A DNA stretch of 64,000 bases, taken from positions 887 to 64,886 of IMG/VR virus record IMGVR_UViG_3300020171_000005; one strand, 5' to 3'. This document shows, one piece after another, positions 26,397-36,496 of this stretch. The notes beneath the pieces were generated by a model. That model had not been told where the DNA came from and searched no databases. It saw nothing but the letters and a program-made list of their open reading frames with translations. Numbering within the stretch: position 1 is the first letter of the stretch; the number at the start of each line of letters is the position of its first letter. A program made the translations under genes and the position numbers. This DNA is from a virus. Its lineage: Duplodnaviria; Caudoviricetes.

Positions 26397-28746
26397 GAAG
26401 GTCTGTCTCCTGGGAATAGGACCAGTTCCATGTGACCTTATGGTTGTTGGGGAGGCTCCTGGAAGGAGAGAGGTAGAGGTTGAGAAACCTTTCAGCGGTC
26501 CAGTAGGGAAGTATCTAGATTTAATCCTAGAGAATGTCGGTTTGGATAGGGACTCCCTTTATATCACAAATGCCGTTAGATGCCATCCTCCTGGAGATAG
26601 GAGCCCTTCTATGCAGGAACTTAAGGCCTGTAAAGGATATCTCATAGAGGAGATTAAAAGAGTAAGACCGAAGAAGATACTTGCTCTGGGTAATGCCCCT
26701 CTTGGGTCTCTTACAGGTAAATCTGGGATCACTAAACATCGTGGGTCTCCTGTAGTCATCTCCTTTGATGATCTGCAGGTAGAGGTATTGCCTACCTTCC
26801 ATCCTGGGTTTACAAGACGCTATCCCAAGAACTACCCCGTTCTGTATACTGACCTATTGAAGTTCAAGGGAGGTAACAATAATCTTATCATCAAGAACTA
26901 CACTCCAGTTACCGATATAGCACACTTCCGTAGAGTAGCTAGGGAGTTACTCACCTCTCCTGAGATATCCTACGACTACGAGACTGAAGCTCTAGACCCA
27001 CATACCGGGGCCAGGATGATTAGTATAGGTCTCAGTCCACATGAGGGTACAGCTTACTCCATTCCTCTTGATACAGAACTAGCTCCATGGACTGACCTCG
27101 AAAGAAAGGAAGTCCACAGGTTACTGGGGGCTATTCTGTCCAGGCCTAGCTGTTTCCACACTGCCTTCAACAGCTGTTTTGAGCTTAAGTGGTCCAAGTC
27201 TAATGCTATTGACTCCAAATGTGATTGGGATCCAATGGTAGCAGCTGGTCTACTCGATGAGAACCTACCCCATGATTTAGGTACTTCAGTTCAAATGTAT
27301 GTGGATCCTGACTTTATCAAGTTGGATTCAGCGAAGATCACTACTTGGTCCTGGGATAATGTATGGCCTTATAACTGTGGAGATGCTGATTACAACTTGC
27401 GTCTTGCTCATGCTCTGAAACCTCGTTTGGAGAAGGAACCCAGTTCTCAAATCCTCTATGATAACTTACTCCATCCCTTCCAAACCAAAGTAGTTCCCAA
27501 GTTAGAGCTCAACGGTATCTACATACATGAAGATAAGCTTCAACAAGCTGAGGAGAGATGTATTCCTGAGATAAAGAAATGGTCTGACAAGATCCTCAGT
27601 TATGTACCCTCTGACTATGTCCTCCCAGTTAAGTCCAGGAAGGCCCTTAAGAGGGGATTTAATCCTGGGTCACCTAAACAACTTGGCAACCTCCTGTTTG
27701 ATGTCCTAGGGTTACCCCCTGGGCCTCTTACTGGCGGTGGAGATTGGTCTACAGGTGAGTCAGTACTTCTAGAACTCAAGGGCAAACATCCTATCATAGA
27801 GCCCATCATTGAGTTCAGAGGCATTGAGAAGCTATTGGATTTCCTTAACTCCTGGAGACAACTCAAGGACTCCAATGGCTTCATCCACCCTCATTACCAC
27901 TTGAGGCCGGTCACAGGTAGGTTATCATGCACTGATCCGAACCTCCAGCAAGTTCCCAGGATTCTTTACATCCGAAATGTTATTGGAGCTCCTCCGGGGT
28001 ATGTTCTCCTAAGCTTTGACTATTCTCAGATTGAGCTACGGATAGTAGCCCACTATAGCCGGGATTTGGAGATGATCAGAGCCTTTATGAATCATGAGGA
28101 TATTCACCTGCTCACTGCTTCTGACATCTCAGGTATTCCTATGGAGGAACTTAGGTTAAAGATAGAGAGTGGAGATGAGTGGGCTAAGGAGATGAGGAAG
28201 AAAGCTAAGGCCGTCAACTTTGGGCTGGTATTTGAGATGGGGGCCTTTGGGTTAAAACAGTATGCTAAGGAGAAGTATGGGGTTGAACTTACCATGCAGG
28301 AAGCTACCTTGTGGAGGAACAAGTTCTTTGAGAGACATAATCAAATTCCAGTCTGGCATCAAAAGCAGATCGCTGATGTCCACCTTAACCGACAGGTTGT
28401 GTCTATGATCGGGAGGGTAAGGCACCTTAATAACATCCTGTCCTCGGATGCTGATATAGTAGCAGAGGCCGAGAGGCAAAGTATCAATAGTCCTGTTCAG
28501 GGATTAGCTTCAGATTTTAATCTAATGGCAGCAGTAGAAGTAGATAAGGTCCTTCCACCTAGAGATGGGCACCTAGCAGGGTTGGTCCATGATGAGGCCA
28601 TTTATATCATTAAAGAGGATAAGGTTTCTTATTGGGAAAAGCGTATAAAGGATATAATGGAAAATCCCCCAATACATAAATTTACTACTGAGAAATTCCT
28701 CATTCCTTTAGAGGTGGAGTCTACTGTGTCATCATATTGGGCCTAA
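26317..28746 (+). CDS. polA: Family A DNA polymerase with N-terminal family-4 uracil-DNA glycosylase and 3'-5' exonuclease domains
   Basis: UDG: GEAPG..E, NAVRCHPP, TFHP. Exo: DYETE. Pol: TGRLS, NLQQVP, DYSQIELR, KAVNFG, VHDE. Confidence 0.95.
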   Translation: MNWQDLWDQIRNQNCSLCDLSSQNRHEKVCLLGIGPVPCDLMVVGEAPGRREVEVEKPFSGPVGKYLDLILENVGLDRDSLYITNAVRCHPPGDRSPSMQELKACKGYLIEEIKRVRPKKILALGNAPLGSLTGKSGITKHRGSPVVISFDDLQVEVLPTFHPGFTRRYPKNYPVLYTDLLKFKGGNNNLIIKNYTPVTDIAHFRRVARELLTSPEISYDYETEALDPHTGARMISIGLSPHEGTAYSIPLDTELAPWTDLERKEVHRLLGAILSRPSCFHTAFNSCFELKWSKSNAIDSKCDWDPMVAAGLLDENLPHDLGTSVQMYVDPDFIKLDSAKITTWSWDNVWPYNCGDADYNLRLAHALKPRLEKEPSSQILYDNLLHPFQTKVVPKLELNGIYIHEDKLQQAEERCIPEIKKWSDKILSYVPSDYVLPVKSRKALKRGFNPGSPKQLGNLLFDVLGLPPGPLTGGGDWSTGESVLLELKGKHPIIEPIIEFRGIEKLLDFLNSWRQLKDSNGFIHPHYHLRPVTGRLSCTDPNLQQVPRILYIRNVIGAPPGYVLLSFDYSQIELRIVAHYSRDLEMIRAFMNHEDIHLLTASDISGIPMEELRLKIESGDEWAKEMRKKAKAVNFGLVFEMGAFGLKQYAKEKYGVELTMQEATLWRNKFFERHNQIPVWHQKQIADVHLNRQVVSMIGRVRHLNNILSSDADIVAEAERQSINSPVQGLASDFNLMAAVEVDKVLPPRDGHLAGLVHDEAIYIIKEDKVSYWEKRIKDIMENPPIHKFTTEKFLIPLEVESTVSSYWA

Positions 28747-28805
28747 TCTTTCTTTTGAGGCCAGTGCTAATGTTTATACCTGCGAATTTACGCCTGGGTG
28801 CGTCT

Positions 28806-29525
28806 TTAGAAGCTGGGTATTCCTGAAATTGATGGAGGTAGCGGCGGCCTGGCAGCCAGTATAAAACTCAGTGAATCAGTTATTACTGTTTTCCCTAAGA
28901 TTGCAATCTCAACGTAAAGGACATAGGTAGTTTCAGTGAAGATTATGCCGGGGAACCTGTAGTCAAAGAAGATATCCTTACCTGCTCTTCCTGGCTCCAG
29001 CGTAAACGGCTGAGCTATTTGCCTCAGGCTTTCGTCTAATGGCGGGGATAGCTCTTGCAGCGGTTGCCCAGGGAATAGGGGGGTGATACGTGCCTTGACT
29101 GAGACCCCTCTAATATCGGAGGTTCCTCCATTCCTCAAGGTAAATCCCAGATGGGTTACTTTTGAATATTGTTCAAAGTTCATATCCCACAGGTCTCTAA
29201 CCATGTACCCGTTGTAAATAACCAAGAAGTTGATTATCTCTATTGAATAGGCAATCACTACATCTTCAGTAGCAGTAAAAGTCCCAACGACCACACCTCC
29301 ACAGAGAATCCGGATAAATACTGGGTAGGTCCCAGTAACACTTGGCATGCTTACCTGAAAGTCAACAGGCTTCAACTCCCCGCCAGCCAGATGAAAAGAG
29401 GCCGTGGCCATTACTGTCCATTCAGCTCCCATACAGAGATCGGCAACATAGTCAAAGCCTGCCGTCTTGGGATTGGTAAGTGTTACCGTAGCCCGGTGTA
29501 CGCTGCTTGGCGCGAACTGAGGCAT
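28806..29525 (-). CDS. Ig-like beta-rich putative virion protein
   Basis: N-terminal domain paralogous to 29535..29951 (TNPKT..FDY...VDF.V.MP...ATEDV). Confidence 0.65.
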   Translation of the reverse strand: MPQFAPSSVHRATVTLTNPKTAGFDYVADLCMGAEWTVMATASFHLAGGELKPVDFQVSMPSVTGTYPVFIRILCGGVVVGTFTATEDVVIAYSIEIINFLVIYNGYMVRDLWDMNFEQYSKVTHLGFTLRNGGTSDIRGVSVKARITPLFPGQPLQELSPPLDESLRQIAQPFTLEPGRAGKDIFFDYRFPGIIFTETTYVLYVEIAILGKTVITDSLSFILAARPPLPPSISGIPSF

Positions 29526-29534
29526 AATGCTCCT

Positions 29535-29951
29535 TTAATCCCAGGTTATTTGAGTTACTTTAATGGCAGGGATAATGTATACTGCCACATCTTCGGTAGC
29601 GACAAAGGTTATGAGCAGCGTGCCAAGATGCTTGACTTCAAGGTAGACGTGGAAGGCATCATCCGGGATTGTCAGCACTGGCATATTTACCGAGAAATCC
29701 ACTGACTTGGAGCCCCCCGCAAGTATGGTGAAGTTAATTGCCCCCGATGTGGACACTTTGTTCCCTACAACTTTCCCCAAGTATAACTCAGCCGTGTAAT
29801 CAAATGATGATGTCTTAGGGTTGGTGAATAGGGCGTGAGCCACATGGACCGTCTCCGACTCAAATGAAGGGTCTTCCATCGTCATCTTCTCTATCCTGAC
29901 CTCATCCTCACTACCAGATAGCTTGTTCATCTTCAACTCCATTTCTTTCAT
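29535..29951 (-). CDS. Ig-like beta-rich putative virion protein
   Basis: Paralog of the N-terminus of 28806..29525. Confidence 0.65.
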   Translation of the reverse strand: MKEMELKMNKLSGSEDEVRIEKMTMEDPSFESETVHVAHALFTNPKTSSFDYTAELYLGKVVGNKVSTSGAINFTILAGGSKSVDFSVNMPVLTIPDDAFHVYLEVKHLGTLLITFVATEDVAVYIIPAIKVTQITWD

Positions 29952-29967
29952 TTCCTTTTCCCTCCTC

Positions 29968-30564
29968 TTAAATTACATACCATGGCCAGTAAATCCCAAG
30001 CAGCCTAGGGAGTGGTGGCCCTTCCCAAGGACTCATTGGCAGAAAATCACTAAAGGAAGAGCCATAGTGTTCTCGCCAGGTTTCCTCTGATGCAAGCATT
30101 ATTTGCACTCGGCTGGTCTCTTGAATAACCTCGGCTATGCTGTCGGTCAACCTCAAAAGTAGCATCCGTAGCCCAAAAACACAATCGCAAGCCGATGAGC
30201 TGAACTCAACTGTGGTGAAGGCAGGCTCAGGGGATTGTGGTGGCAAGTAGAAGGCTTGGAATTGTGTTGAGTCCGCCATAAACGTTAGCAGGTCCTCCTC
30301 AACTAGCTGCCCCTCTGGGTCTAAGAAGTAATACATTATGGCATATAGCCTTATCTCAGGCGTAGGGTTGGACATCTCAACGTAGGCCTTGACATTGGTA
30401 TTGGGCACGTATTTTATCATCTCTGGCAAGTCCCAAACTATCTTGCCCAGTTTCTCAGCCTCGGATGGCGGCTCGATTGGGTAGGTAGGGATTTGTAATC
30501 CAACAATAGGCCGTAATTCTATGCCTACAGGCATAGTTGACATTCTTGCTATCTTTACGCCCAC
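29968..30564 (-). CDS. Beta-rich protein with C-terminal PWEGPPLPR...WPW motif
   Basis: Ends DFLPMSPWEGPPLPRLLGIYWPWYVI. Confidence 0.7.
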   Translation of the reverse strand: MGVKIARMSTMPVGIELRPIVGLQIPTYPIEPPSEAEKLGKIVWDLPEMIKYVPNTNVKAYVEMSNPTPEIRLYAIMYYFLDPEGQLVEEDLLTFMADSTQFQAFYLPPQSPEPAFTTVEFSSSACDCVFGLRMLLLRLTDSIAEVIQETSRVQIMLASEETWREHYGSSFSDFLPMSPWEGPPLPRLLGIYWPWYVI

Positions 30565-30570
30565 TTTACT

Positions 30571-30843
30571 TTACTCCCACTCAATTTCAATCTTCCCTAT
30601 TGGCGGTTCGTCAGGATGTACTAATGCCACATGGCTTATCAGCTCATCAAGAGTATCAAACGTTTCAGTACAGTAAGGACAGCTGTAGGCTCCAGGTGGT
30701 GGTGGTGGAGGTGGAGGAGGTGGTGGTGGTTCTTCCTCTTCGTACCAAGGCCATGTCAACCCCATCCACTTTGGGAGTGGGGGGCCTACGAGAGGTGAAG
30801 TGGGGAACCACTCTTCTAGTGTATGTCCCATTAGGTCATCCAT
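30571..30843 (-). CDS. GPPLP-motif, poly-Pro linker and C2H2 zinc-finger protein
   Basis: FPTSPLVGPPLPKWMGLTWPW, poly-Pro run, CPYC...HVALVH. Confidence 0.7.
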   Translation of the reverse strand: MDDLMGHTLEEWFPTSPLVGPPLPKWMGLTWPWYEEEEPPPPPPPPPPPPGAYSCPYCTETFDTLDELISHVALVHPDEPPIGKIEIEWE

Positions 30844-31035
30844 TTATCGCCTCCTGTTCCTCCTCACTAAAGCCCAACCAAACAGAGGCCCCCCGACTCC
30901 AAACAACCCAGCAGTTAACTTCATTATCAGAAAGTAGGTGGGCTCATTAGTGGCAATTTCCATGGCCACGGCAAAGAGTATCCCCACCACACCGGCTGAC
31001 ATTACTGCTATGCTTGTGGCTAGTAGCTTATTCAC
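30844..31035 (-). CDS. Small 2-TM membrane protein
   Basis: Two hydrophobic segments, basic C-terminus. Confidence 0.65.
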   Translation of the reverse strand: MNKLLATSIAVMSAGVVGILFAVAMEIATNEPTYFLIMKLTAGLFGVGGPLFGWALVRRNRRR

Positions 31036-31328
31036 TGGGTGTCTCCTTTCTTCAGGCTGGATCTGATAGCCCCCGATATCCTGTTGCCAAGCACGTCAAA
31101 ACCGGCACCCCCCAGGAATGAGTAAAGGATATCCAGGGGTGCCAGGTGATTGCTGTAGTTAAAAGCTATGGCAAACCCCACGGCAGCGATAACCGCGCGG
31201 ATGATGCTGCTGGCGAACTTTCTAGGGACGAAGGTCTCATTGGAGTCCACCCAGCCGAGCGTGGCGGCTACCAGACCCCCCATTAAGGCCGAAACCGCAA
31301 TCCAGATGATGTTCATTATAAGACACAT
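31032..31328 (-). CDS. Small multi-TM (holin-like or virion membrane) protein
   Basis: Three hydrophobic segments. Confidence 0.6.
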   Translation of the reverse strand: MCLIMNIIWIAVSALMGGLVAATLGWVDSNETFVPRKFASSIIRAVIAAVGFAIAFNYSNHLAPLDILYSFLGGAGFDVLGNRISGAIRSSLKKGDTQ

Positions 31329-31567
31329 TATTTCTCCAATGCAGCTACTTTAGCTTTGAGTTCATTCTGTATTGCCTTGAGTTCGTCTATTTCAGTTAGG
31401 ATGTTTCTAGGTATCGAAGCCTTCACATCTTCTCTAGATATACCTAGTTTAGCTAACTCTTCAGCAGTTACGTTTTCGCTGTCGACTTCAACTATTCCGT
31501 TAGGAGTATGAAACTGTACTATCATGCTGTCCTCCAAAACGCATATTCCTGTAAGTCGCACTGCCAT
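31328..31567 (-). CDS. Hypothetical protein with C-terminal coiled coil
   Basis: RNILTEIDELKAIQNELKAKVAALEK. Confidence 0.6.
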   Translation of the reverse strand: MAVRLTGICVLEDSMIVQFHTPNGIVEVDSENVTAEELAKLGISREDVKASIPRNILTEIDELKAIQNELKAKVAALEK

Positions 31568-32121
31568 TTAGTAGATGAGGCATGCTTACCATCACAAACA
31601 ACCCTAACAACTACCATCGCCGGAGCAGCTACAACAATCCCTGGAATATTGAGAACATTATTAAAAGCAGTCGCTGCCGCATAGGTGTCAATTGACCCTT
31701 CTTCCGTACCATCCACATAAACGTCTACAATACCACCAGCAACAGTTTTTGTGAATAGCAACCTCAAGGTATATGTACCTGCCGCTAAACCAACCAAGTA
31801 ATTAACCTCGTCGGCATTGGCTCCGGTGCTATTCCGTAGAAAACCGCCGCCAGCACACATGTCGTTAATATGCGACCATGTTCCTTGAATAATGGCACTG
31901 TACATGTCTGGCAATACCGTAATATGACCACCACCACCAGCAGGCACATCTATCTCAGTCGGGTCAGCACCAGCACCAGCACCCAAGAGGAGCTTGGCAG
32001 CAGTCCATTCATAAAAGCCTTTACCAAGACGGTCTTCTTCAGTAGGCTTATTAGCAACACCTTTCCAAAGCCTATCAGTAGTCAGTTTTGTGCTTCTATA
32101 TTCTAGTCCTTCTAATCCCAT
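31522..32121 (-). CDS. CBM/galactose-binding-like beta-sandwich, putative receptor-binding protein
   Basis: LAAGTYTLRL...GGIVDVYVDG...IDTY pattern. Confidence 0.6.
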   Translation of the reverse strand: MGLEGLEYRSTKLTTDRLWKGVANKPTEEDRLGKGFYEWTAAKLLLGAGAGADPTEIDVPAGGGGHITVLPDMYSAIIQGTWSHINDMCAGGGFLRNSTGANADEVNYLVGLAAGTYTLRLLFTKTVAGGIVDVYVDGTEEGSIDTYAAATAFNNVLNIPGIVVAAPAMVVVRVVCDGKHASSTKWQCDLQEYAFWRTA

Positions 32122-33972
32122 TTACGGCCCCCACGTGAGCGTTAGTACGCCCCTGCTTCGATACGTTATGGTTACCTGGTCGATTTGGTCATTCGCCCCA
32201 TCATTGGTAAACTGGAGATAGGCATTAAAGGGTATGCCGAAAGGCTTTAATAACCCACCCTCGGTATCCGCAGCCGCATAGATTATAACATCTCTCCTGT
32301 CAGCAGCGGCTGGAGCAGCCACAGCGTCGGCAGCTGGTACATAAGTGGCAAGTGTCCAGTCATGTCCTATCAGTCCACTGATGGTGATGCTCAATATCTC
32401 GGCGCCGTTTGTCCCGCTATCTATGTGAAGCCACTCGGTAGCAGCGGCAAGGATTGCTTGCACACCAGACTGAATTACCCTTATCTGGGAGTCAAGAAGA
32501 ATATTATCAGTGGTTAGAGGAAGATTGGCAGCGGCCAGCTCATCCAGATATCCACCTCTAGCTGCGGTATAAGCTGCTAGGGCTGTAGCCAGAGCATTTG
32601 TCCAGGTAGCATTAGTTAATGCCGTAGCTCCTGGTGCTCTGCTGCTTATAGCGGCGTCCAGAAATGCAGCCCTGGCAGCCGTCAGCTTATTGTGAAGAGT
32701 AGTCGCTCCTTCAATAGCGCCGATAGCAGCCTTTAAGGTATCGACGTCGGCTGGGACATTGCCAGCATCGAGTTCCCCAAGTCGGGCAGCGGTGCAGACA
32801 GAAGCCAGTGCTACTGCCGCAGTGAGGTATCCCGCTTTGGCATCAGTCCATGTGGCATTTGAAAGGGCAGTTGCAGCAGCAGCTCTACTAGATATAGCCA
32901 CATCTAGGAAAGCCGCTTTGGCGGCGGTATAGTTTCCGAGGGCCGTAGCCAGAGCAGCCGTCCATGAGGCTGCCAAGGCGGCACCATCAGTACCTCTCAT
33001 CGCTGCTCCAGCTAGTCCTTCAACCTCAGCCTTGATTGCTGCTAAGCCATTGACAGCATCGTCAATCAAATCAACATAAGCGATAATATTGGCAAGGTCA
33101 GTAGGTATATTCCCCGCATCCAGCTCTGCCAGCCTGAGGGCTGTAATCTGGTCCAAGAGAGCCGCCCTGGCAGCGGTGACTTGTAAGAGCCCAGCCTGGT
33201 TAATATTGTCCAGGTAGCCAGCCCTAGCGGCGGTATAGTTTCCGAGGGCCGTGGCAAGGGCAGCCGTCCAACTTGCTGCAAGGGCGACAGCACCGGCAGA
33301 GAGGTTGTCAAGGTAGCCAATTCTGGCAGCACTGAGTGTTGAGATATTTGGAACTGTAGATAAGTTGGCGTTATTGATATTGTTCAAGTAACCAGCTCTA
33401 GCAGCAGTTAGTTCCCCAGCGCCACCGGCAGCTATGAGGGATAAGCGGTCTATGAGAAGCCCCCTGGCAGCTGTTATTTGGTCAAGGAGGGCTGCCCTGG
33501 CCGCAGTAACCTGTAATAGGCCAACTTGGTTGATGTTGTCGAGATAACCTACTCTAGCCACAGTGAGCTCACCAGCACCACCAGCAGCCAAAAGCGTTAA
33601 TCTATCAATATAACCAAGGCGGGCGGCTGTGATATTGATTAGCTGAGCATTATTGATGTTGTCCAGATAACCGATTCTGGCAGCGGTAAGTGTAGACAGG
33701 TTAGGGATATTCAGCAATTGAGCATTGCCGATGTTATCTAGATAGCCTGCTCTGGCAGCGGTAACCTGAAGAAGCCCCGCCTGGTTAATATTATCAAGGT
33801 AGCCTATTCTAGCTGCGGATAAAGTAGACAGGTTAGGCACAACAAGCAGCTGGGCATTATTGATGTTGTCTAAGTAACCTGCACGAGCCGCCGTGAGCTT
33901 ATCAGCCAACGAGGTTGCTCCCTGATAGCCCAGATAATTCTTTAAGAGTTGTAGCCAGTTAGTATTGCCCAC
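32122..33972 (-). CDS. Ala-rich repeat protein (TAARxGYLDNI repeats), putative spike/fibre
   Basis: More than 15 copies of TAAR(A/I/L)(G/A)(Y/L)LD; C-terminal beta domain. Confidence 0.75.
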   Translation of the reverse strand: MGNTNWLQLLKNYLGYQGATSLADKLTAARAGYLDNINNAQLLVVPNLSTLSAARIGYLDNINQAGLLQVTAARAGYLDNIGNAQLLNIPNLSTLTAARIGYLDNINNAQLINITAARLGYIDRLTLLAAGGAGELTVARVGYLDNINQVGLLQVTAARAALLDQITAARGLLIDRLSLIAAGGAGELTAARAGYLNNINNANLSTVPNISTLSAARIGYLDNLSAGAVALAASWTAALATALGNYTAARAGYLDNINQAGLLQVTAARAALLDQITALRLAELDAGNIPTDLANIIAYVDLIDDAVNGLAAIKAEVEGLAGAAMRGTDGAALAASWTAALATALGNYTAAKAAFLDVAISSRAAAATALSNATWTDAKAGYLTAAVALASVCTAARLGELDAGNVPADVDTLKAAIGAIEGATTLHNKLTAARAAFLDAAISSRAPGATALTNATWTNALATALAAYTAARGGYLDELAAANLPLTTDNILLDSQIRVIQSGVQAILAAATEWLHIDSGTNGAEILSITISGLIGHDWTLATYVPAADAVAAPAAADRRDVIIYAAADTEGGLLKPFGIPFNAYLQFTNDGANDQIDQVTITYRSRGVLTLTWGP

Positions 33973-34194
33973 TTATTCCCCTTTAAAGTTCAGATAGGCG
34001 ATTATTCCCTTTCTTTCTGCTATAGCAAGAAGGAGCAGCTCTCTGTCGTTTGCGAGACTGGCTCTCTTTGCCCACTCCAATTCGACAGCTTGAAGTTGCA
34101 TGGTTAATTCCTTTATTTCCGCCAGGTATTTCTCTCTATCGGTAATCGGCGTCTCAACTGGTTCTTCCCTAACCTCAGCCCCTTTTTTAGCCAT
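33973..34194 (-). CDS. Small coiled-coil protein
   Basis: RBS GGGAGG, abuts next gene. Confidence 0.65.
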   Translation of the reverse strand: MAKKGAEVREEPVETPITDREKYLAEIKELTMQLQAVELEWAKRASLANDRELLLLAIAERKGIIAYLNFKGE

Positions 34195-34305
34195 TTAAAT
34201 CCTCCCTAATCATATTCGTGTTGACTGATGAGAAAATCAAGAGTCGCATTATTGCTCGCATTTTTATCTCTTGCCCAGCTCCGCCATCGTTTCTCCTTTA
34301 TCTCC

Positions 34306-34746
34306 TTAAATCTGCTCATATTCATGATAGAATACTTTAACTTTGCAGCTACCATCACCTACGCTGTCCATCATCTTTGCCCTGATTCTAGAGCCAGCTG
34401 ATAGTAATTCCGTTTGTAGTGGAAAGGTAAATGACCTCTCCAAGACACTAGCTCGTGAGAAGCCTACTCTGCATATTTCCACATCGGTAGCTCCAGCATA
34501 AAACACAATTTCATATTCAGCGTTAATACTTGGCTCTGCAATATCTACCCAGTGAAGGTCAAAAACATGGTCGACAAATCCATCGGCAAGTATATCATTG
34601 CTGAAGTCACCTAAAGCCCAAGAACCAGCACCAGAGGTGACTGTTACTGCTACTGCTCCAGTGGGCGCAATCTTCTGAGGAGAGTGTATGTGCTCGTTGA
34701 CTACTCTCATTAGTCTGTCCCAATTGTATTTTAGAGGATAAACCAT
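34306..34746 (-). CDS. Beta-sandwich putative virion protein
   Basis: Alternating beta pattern ending KVKVFYHEY. Confidence 0.65.
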   Translation of the reverse strand: MVYPLKYNWDRLMRVVNEHIHSPQKIAPTGAVAVTVTSGAGSWALGDFSNDILADGFVDHVFDLHWVDIAEPSINAEYEIVFYAGATDVEICRVGFSRASVLERSFTFPLQTELLSAGSRIRAKMMDSVGDGSCKVKVFYHEYEQI

Positions 34747-34754
34747 CTATCTCC

Positions 34755-35504
34755 TCATACATTAGTCTTGCCATGTGAATATTGTCCATCTAAAGTATAC
34801 GGACCGGCAGCACTCCCCGTGGCGCTGACTCGTATGGAATCTCCAGCTACATATGGGACACCGAACATATCCATGAGGGAGTGATACGTCCCGAAGTTGG
34901 CATTAGTAATAACAAAGGTATCCACAGCCGTTTCCACGCCATTGATAAGAGTGTAGAGTGTGATAGTAACGGTGTTAGCGGCGGTCGGATCTTCGCACTT
35001 TACCCTCAAGTCTCTCAGTATGTAACGAGTATCCGCAACGTTGAGAGTAACGATAAATGTCTCAGCAGCAACAATCTCCTCGGTGAACCCTGCGTCAGCC
35101 TGCTCGTGGAAGATACCGGTAGCTCCCTCAATATCAGCAACCAGAGCGATGACAAGTGCTGTCAGAGCAGCCACCTCAGCGGGGACGAATCTGAAGGTGA
35201 CTATCTTATAGGCAACTCCGGCCGGTATAGCAGCAGCCACTCCCTTATAAGCCCCTGCGTATGTCACCTCACCGGTTACGTTATTGAAGGCCGTAATATC
35301 CTGGGAGTCCACATTAAGCGGCTGTCCAGGATAAAGAACCATCAACATACTGACAAAGCTATTTGGCCCTGCTCCTATCAAGCCAGCATCTATTATCGAA
35401 GTTCCAGCTGCTGCTCCGGCAAAGGTAGTTACCCCTTCAGCGGCTATCGTAGCCTGGAAAAGTGAAAGCCATTCATCCAATGGTGGCCTTTTACTCATTA
35501 CCAT
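34755..35504 (-). CDS. Two-domain beta-rich putative virion protein
   Basis: A/G/T/V-rich with jelly-roll-like C-terminus. Confidence 0.65.
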   Translation of the reverse strand: MVMSKRPPLDEWLSLFQATIAAEGVTTFAGAAAGTSIIDAGLIGAGPNSFVSMLMVLYPGQPLNVDSQDITAFNNVTGEVTYAGAYKGVAAAIPAGVAYKIVTFRFVPAEVAALTALVIALVADIEGATGIFHEQADAGFTEEIVAAETFIVTLNVADTRYILRDLRVKCEDPTAANTVTITLYTLINGVETAVDTFVITNANFGTYHSLMDMFGVPYVAGDSIRVSATGSAAGPYTLDGQYSHGKTNV

Positions 35505-35513
35505 TATATTACC

Positions 35514-36197
35514 TCACATCTGATAAGTGAATGCTGCAATGACAAAGGTAACTGGCCTTGCAGGATCCAAGTTCTCTATGAGTACCTTAAGGTTTCTGGG
35601 GTCAGATAAGTATGGTCTGGTCTGCCTAATAAAGGTCCCAGCTACAAAAGCTGGTGACCAAACATCAAAGTCCTCAGAGTCGTAACCAGCCCCATTGATG
35701 TAATAGATATCCCCGGTATTCCACACATTAGCAATTCCACCACCTAGAGCTGCGGTAACTGTGTTTATGGTATTGGCGGTGATAGGTGCAGTACTACCAT
35801 CTGTGGAGTTAACTACTGTCAGGTCTTCTAAGCCATCGGGGATAGGAAAGTGGTTATTAACATCGGTAAGTACCGCTACCCCCATCCCACCTGTATGAGT
35901 ACCACCAGTGCTGTCACCATAGGATGAAATCACATGAACTCTGATGCCAGCAGTAGCTATTGCATCATACATAACTTCTATGGTGAGGCATAGCTGTTTT
36001 GGGCAATCACTGAGATCCAACGCCACGCAATCATATAATCTAGTAGTAACTCCCGCCAAGATAGTCGCTTGGTCAAGTACCCCAGCAGAGCCCTTACCAC
36101 CTGCTGTCTCGGTTACTGGCAGCGGGTTTAGAGCACTTATATCGGCGCCGCCACCGAAGACGGCTCTTAATACTCTTTGGAACACTGATTCTAGCAC
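35514..36197 (-). CDS. Beta-rich putative virion protein
   Basis: NPLPVT, ITANT...WNTGDIY motifs typical of virion fibres. Confidence 0.65.
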   Translation of the reverse strand: MLESVFQRVLRAVFGGGADISALNPLPVTETAGGKGSAGVLDQATILAGVTTRLYDCVALDLSDCPKQLCLTIEVMYDAIATAGIRVHVISSYGDSTGGTHTGGMGVAVLTDVNNHFPIPDGLEDLTVVNSTDGSTAPITANTINTVTAALGGGIANVWNTGDIYYINGAGYDSEDFDVWSPAFVAGTFIRQTRPYLSDPRNLKVLIENLDPARPVTFVIAAFTYQM

Positions 36198-36496
36198 TAC
36201 ATCTCCCTTAACTTATCTGCATATTTTTGGAGGCGTCCTGGTACCACAGACGTAAAAACACTCATAAATGGTAAAATAAACCAGTGGTAATTGACTAATG
36301 CCTGCGCTAGCTCCCTGAAGTATTTGGCATCTGATTCCAGCCAGCCAGCTACTTTAAGCTGAATCTCCATATCGTCGCCACCTTCTAGCCAATTATAAAC
36401 CCTATCGCGTTCACTGATTAAGATGAATCCCTCCCCATTGAAGTAATTAGCATCAGCCCTGATTATATCGTCGACCAGTTTACTTACTCTCAACAT
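36197..36496 (-). CDS. Hypothetical protein
   Basis: Likely start MLRVSK after GGGGG. Confidence 0.6.
   Translation of the reverse strand: MLRVSKLVDDIIRADANYFNGEGFILISERDRVYNWLEGGDDMEIQLKVAGWLESDAKYFRELAQALVNYHWFILPFMSVFTSVVPGRLQKYADKLREM

Noticed and set aside
30696-30731. (GGT/GGA)n microsatellite
   Set aside because: Encodes the poly-Pro linker of 30571..30843
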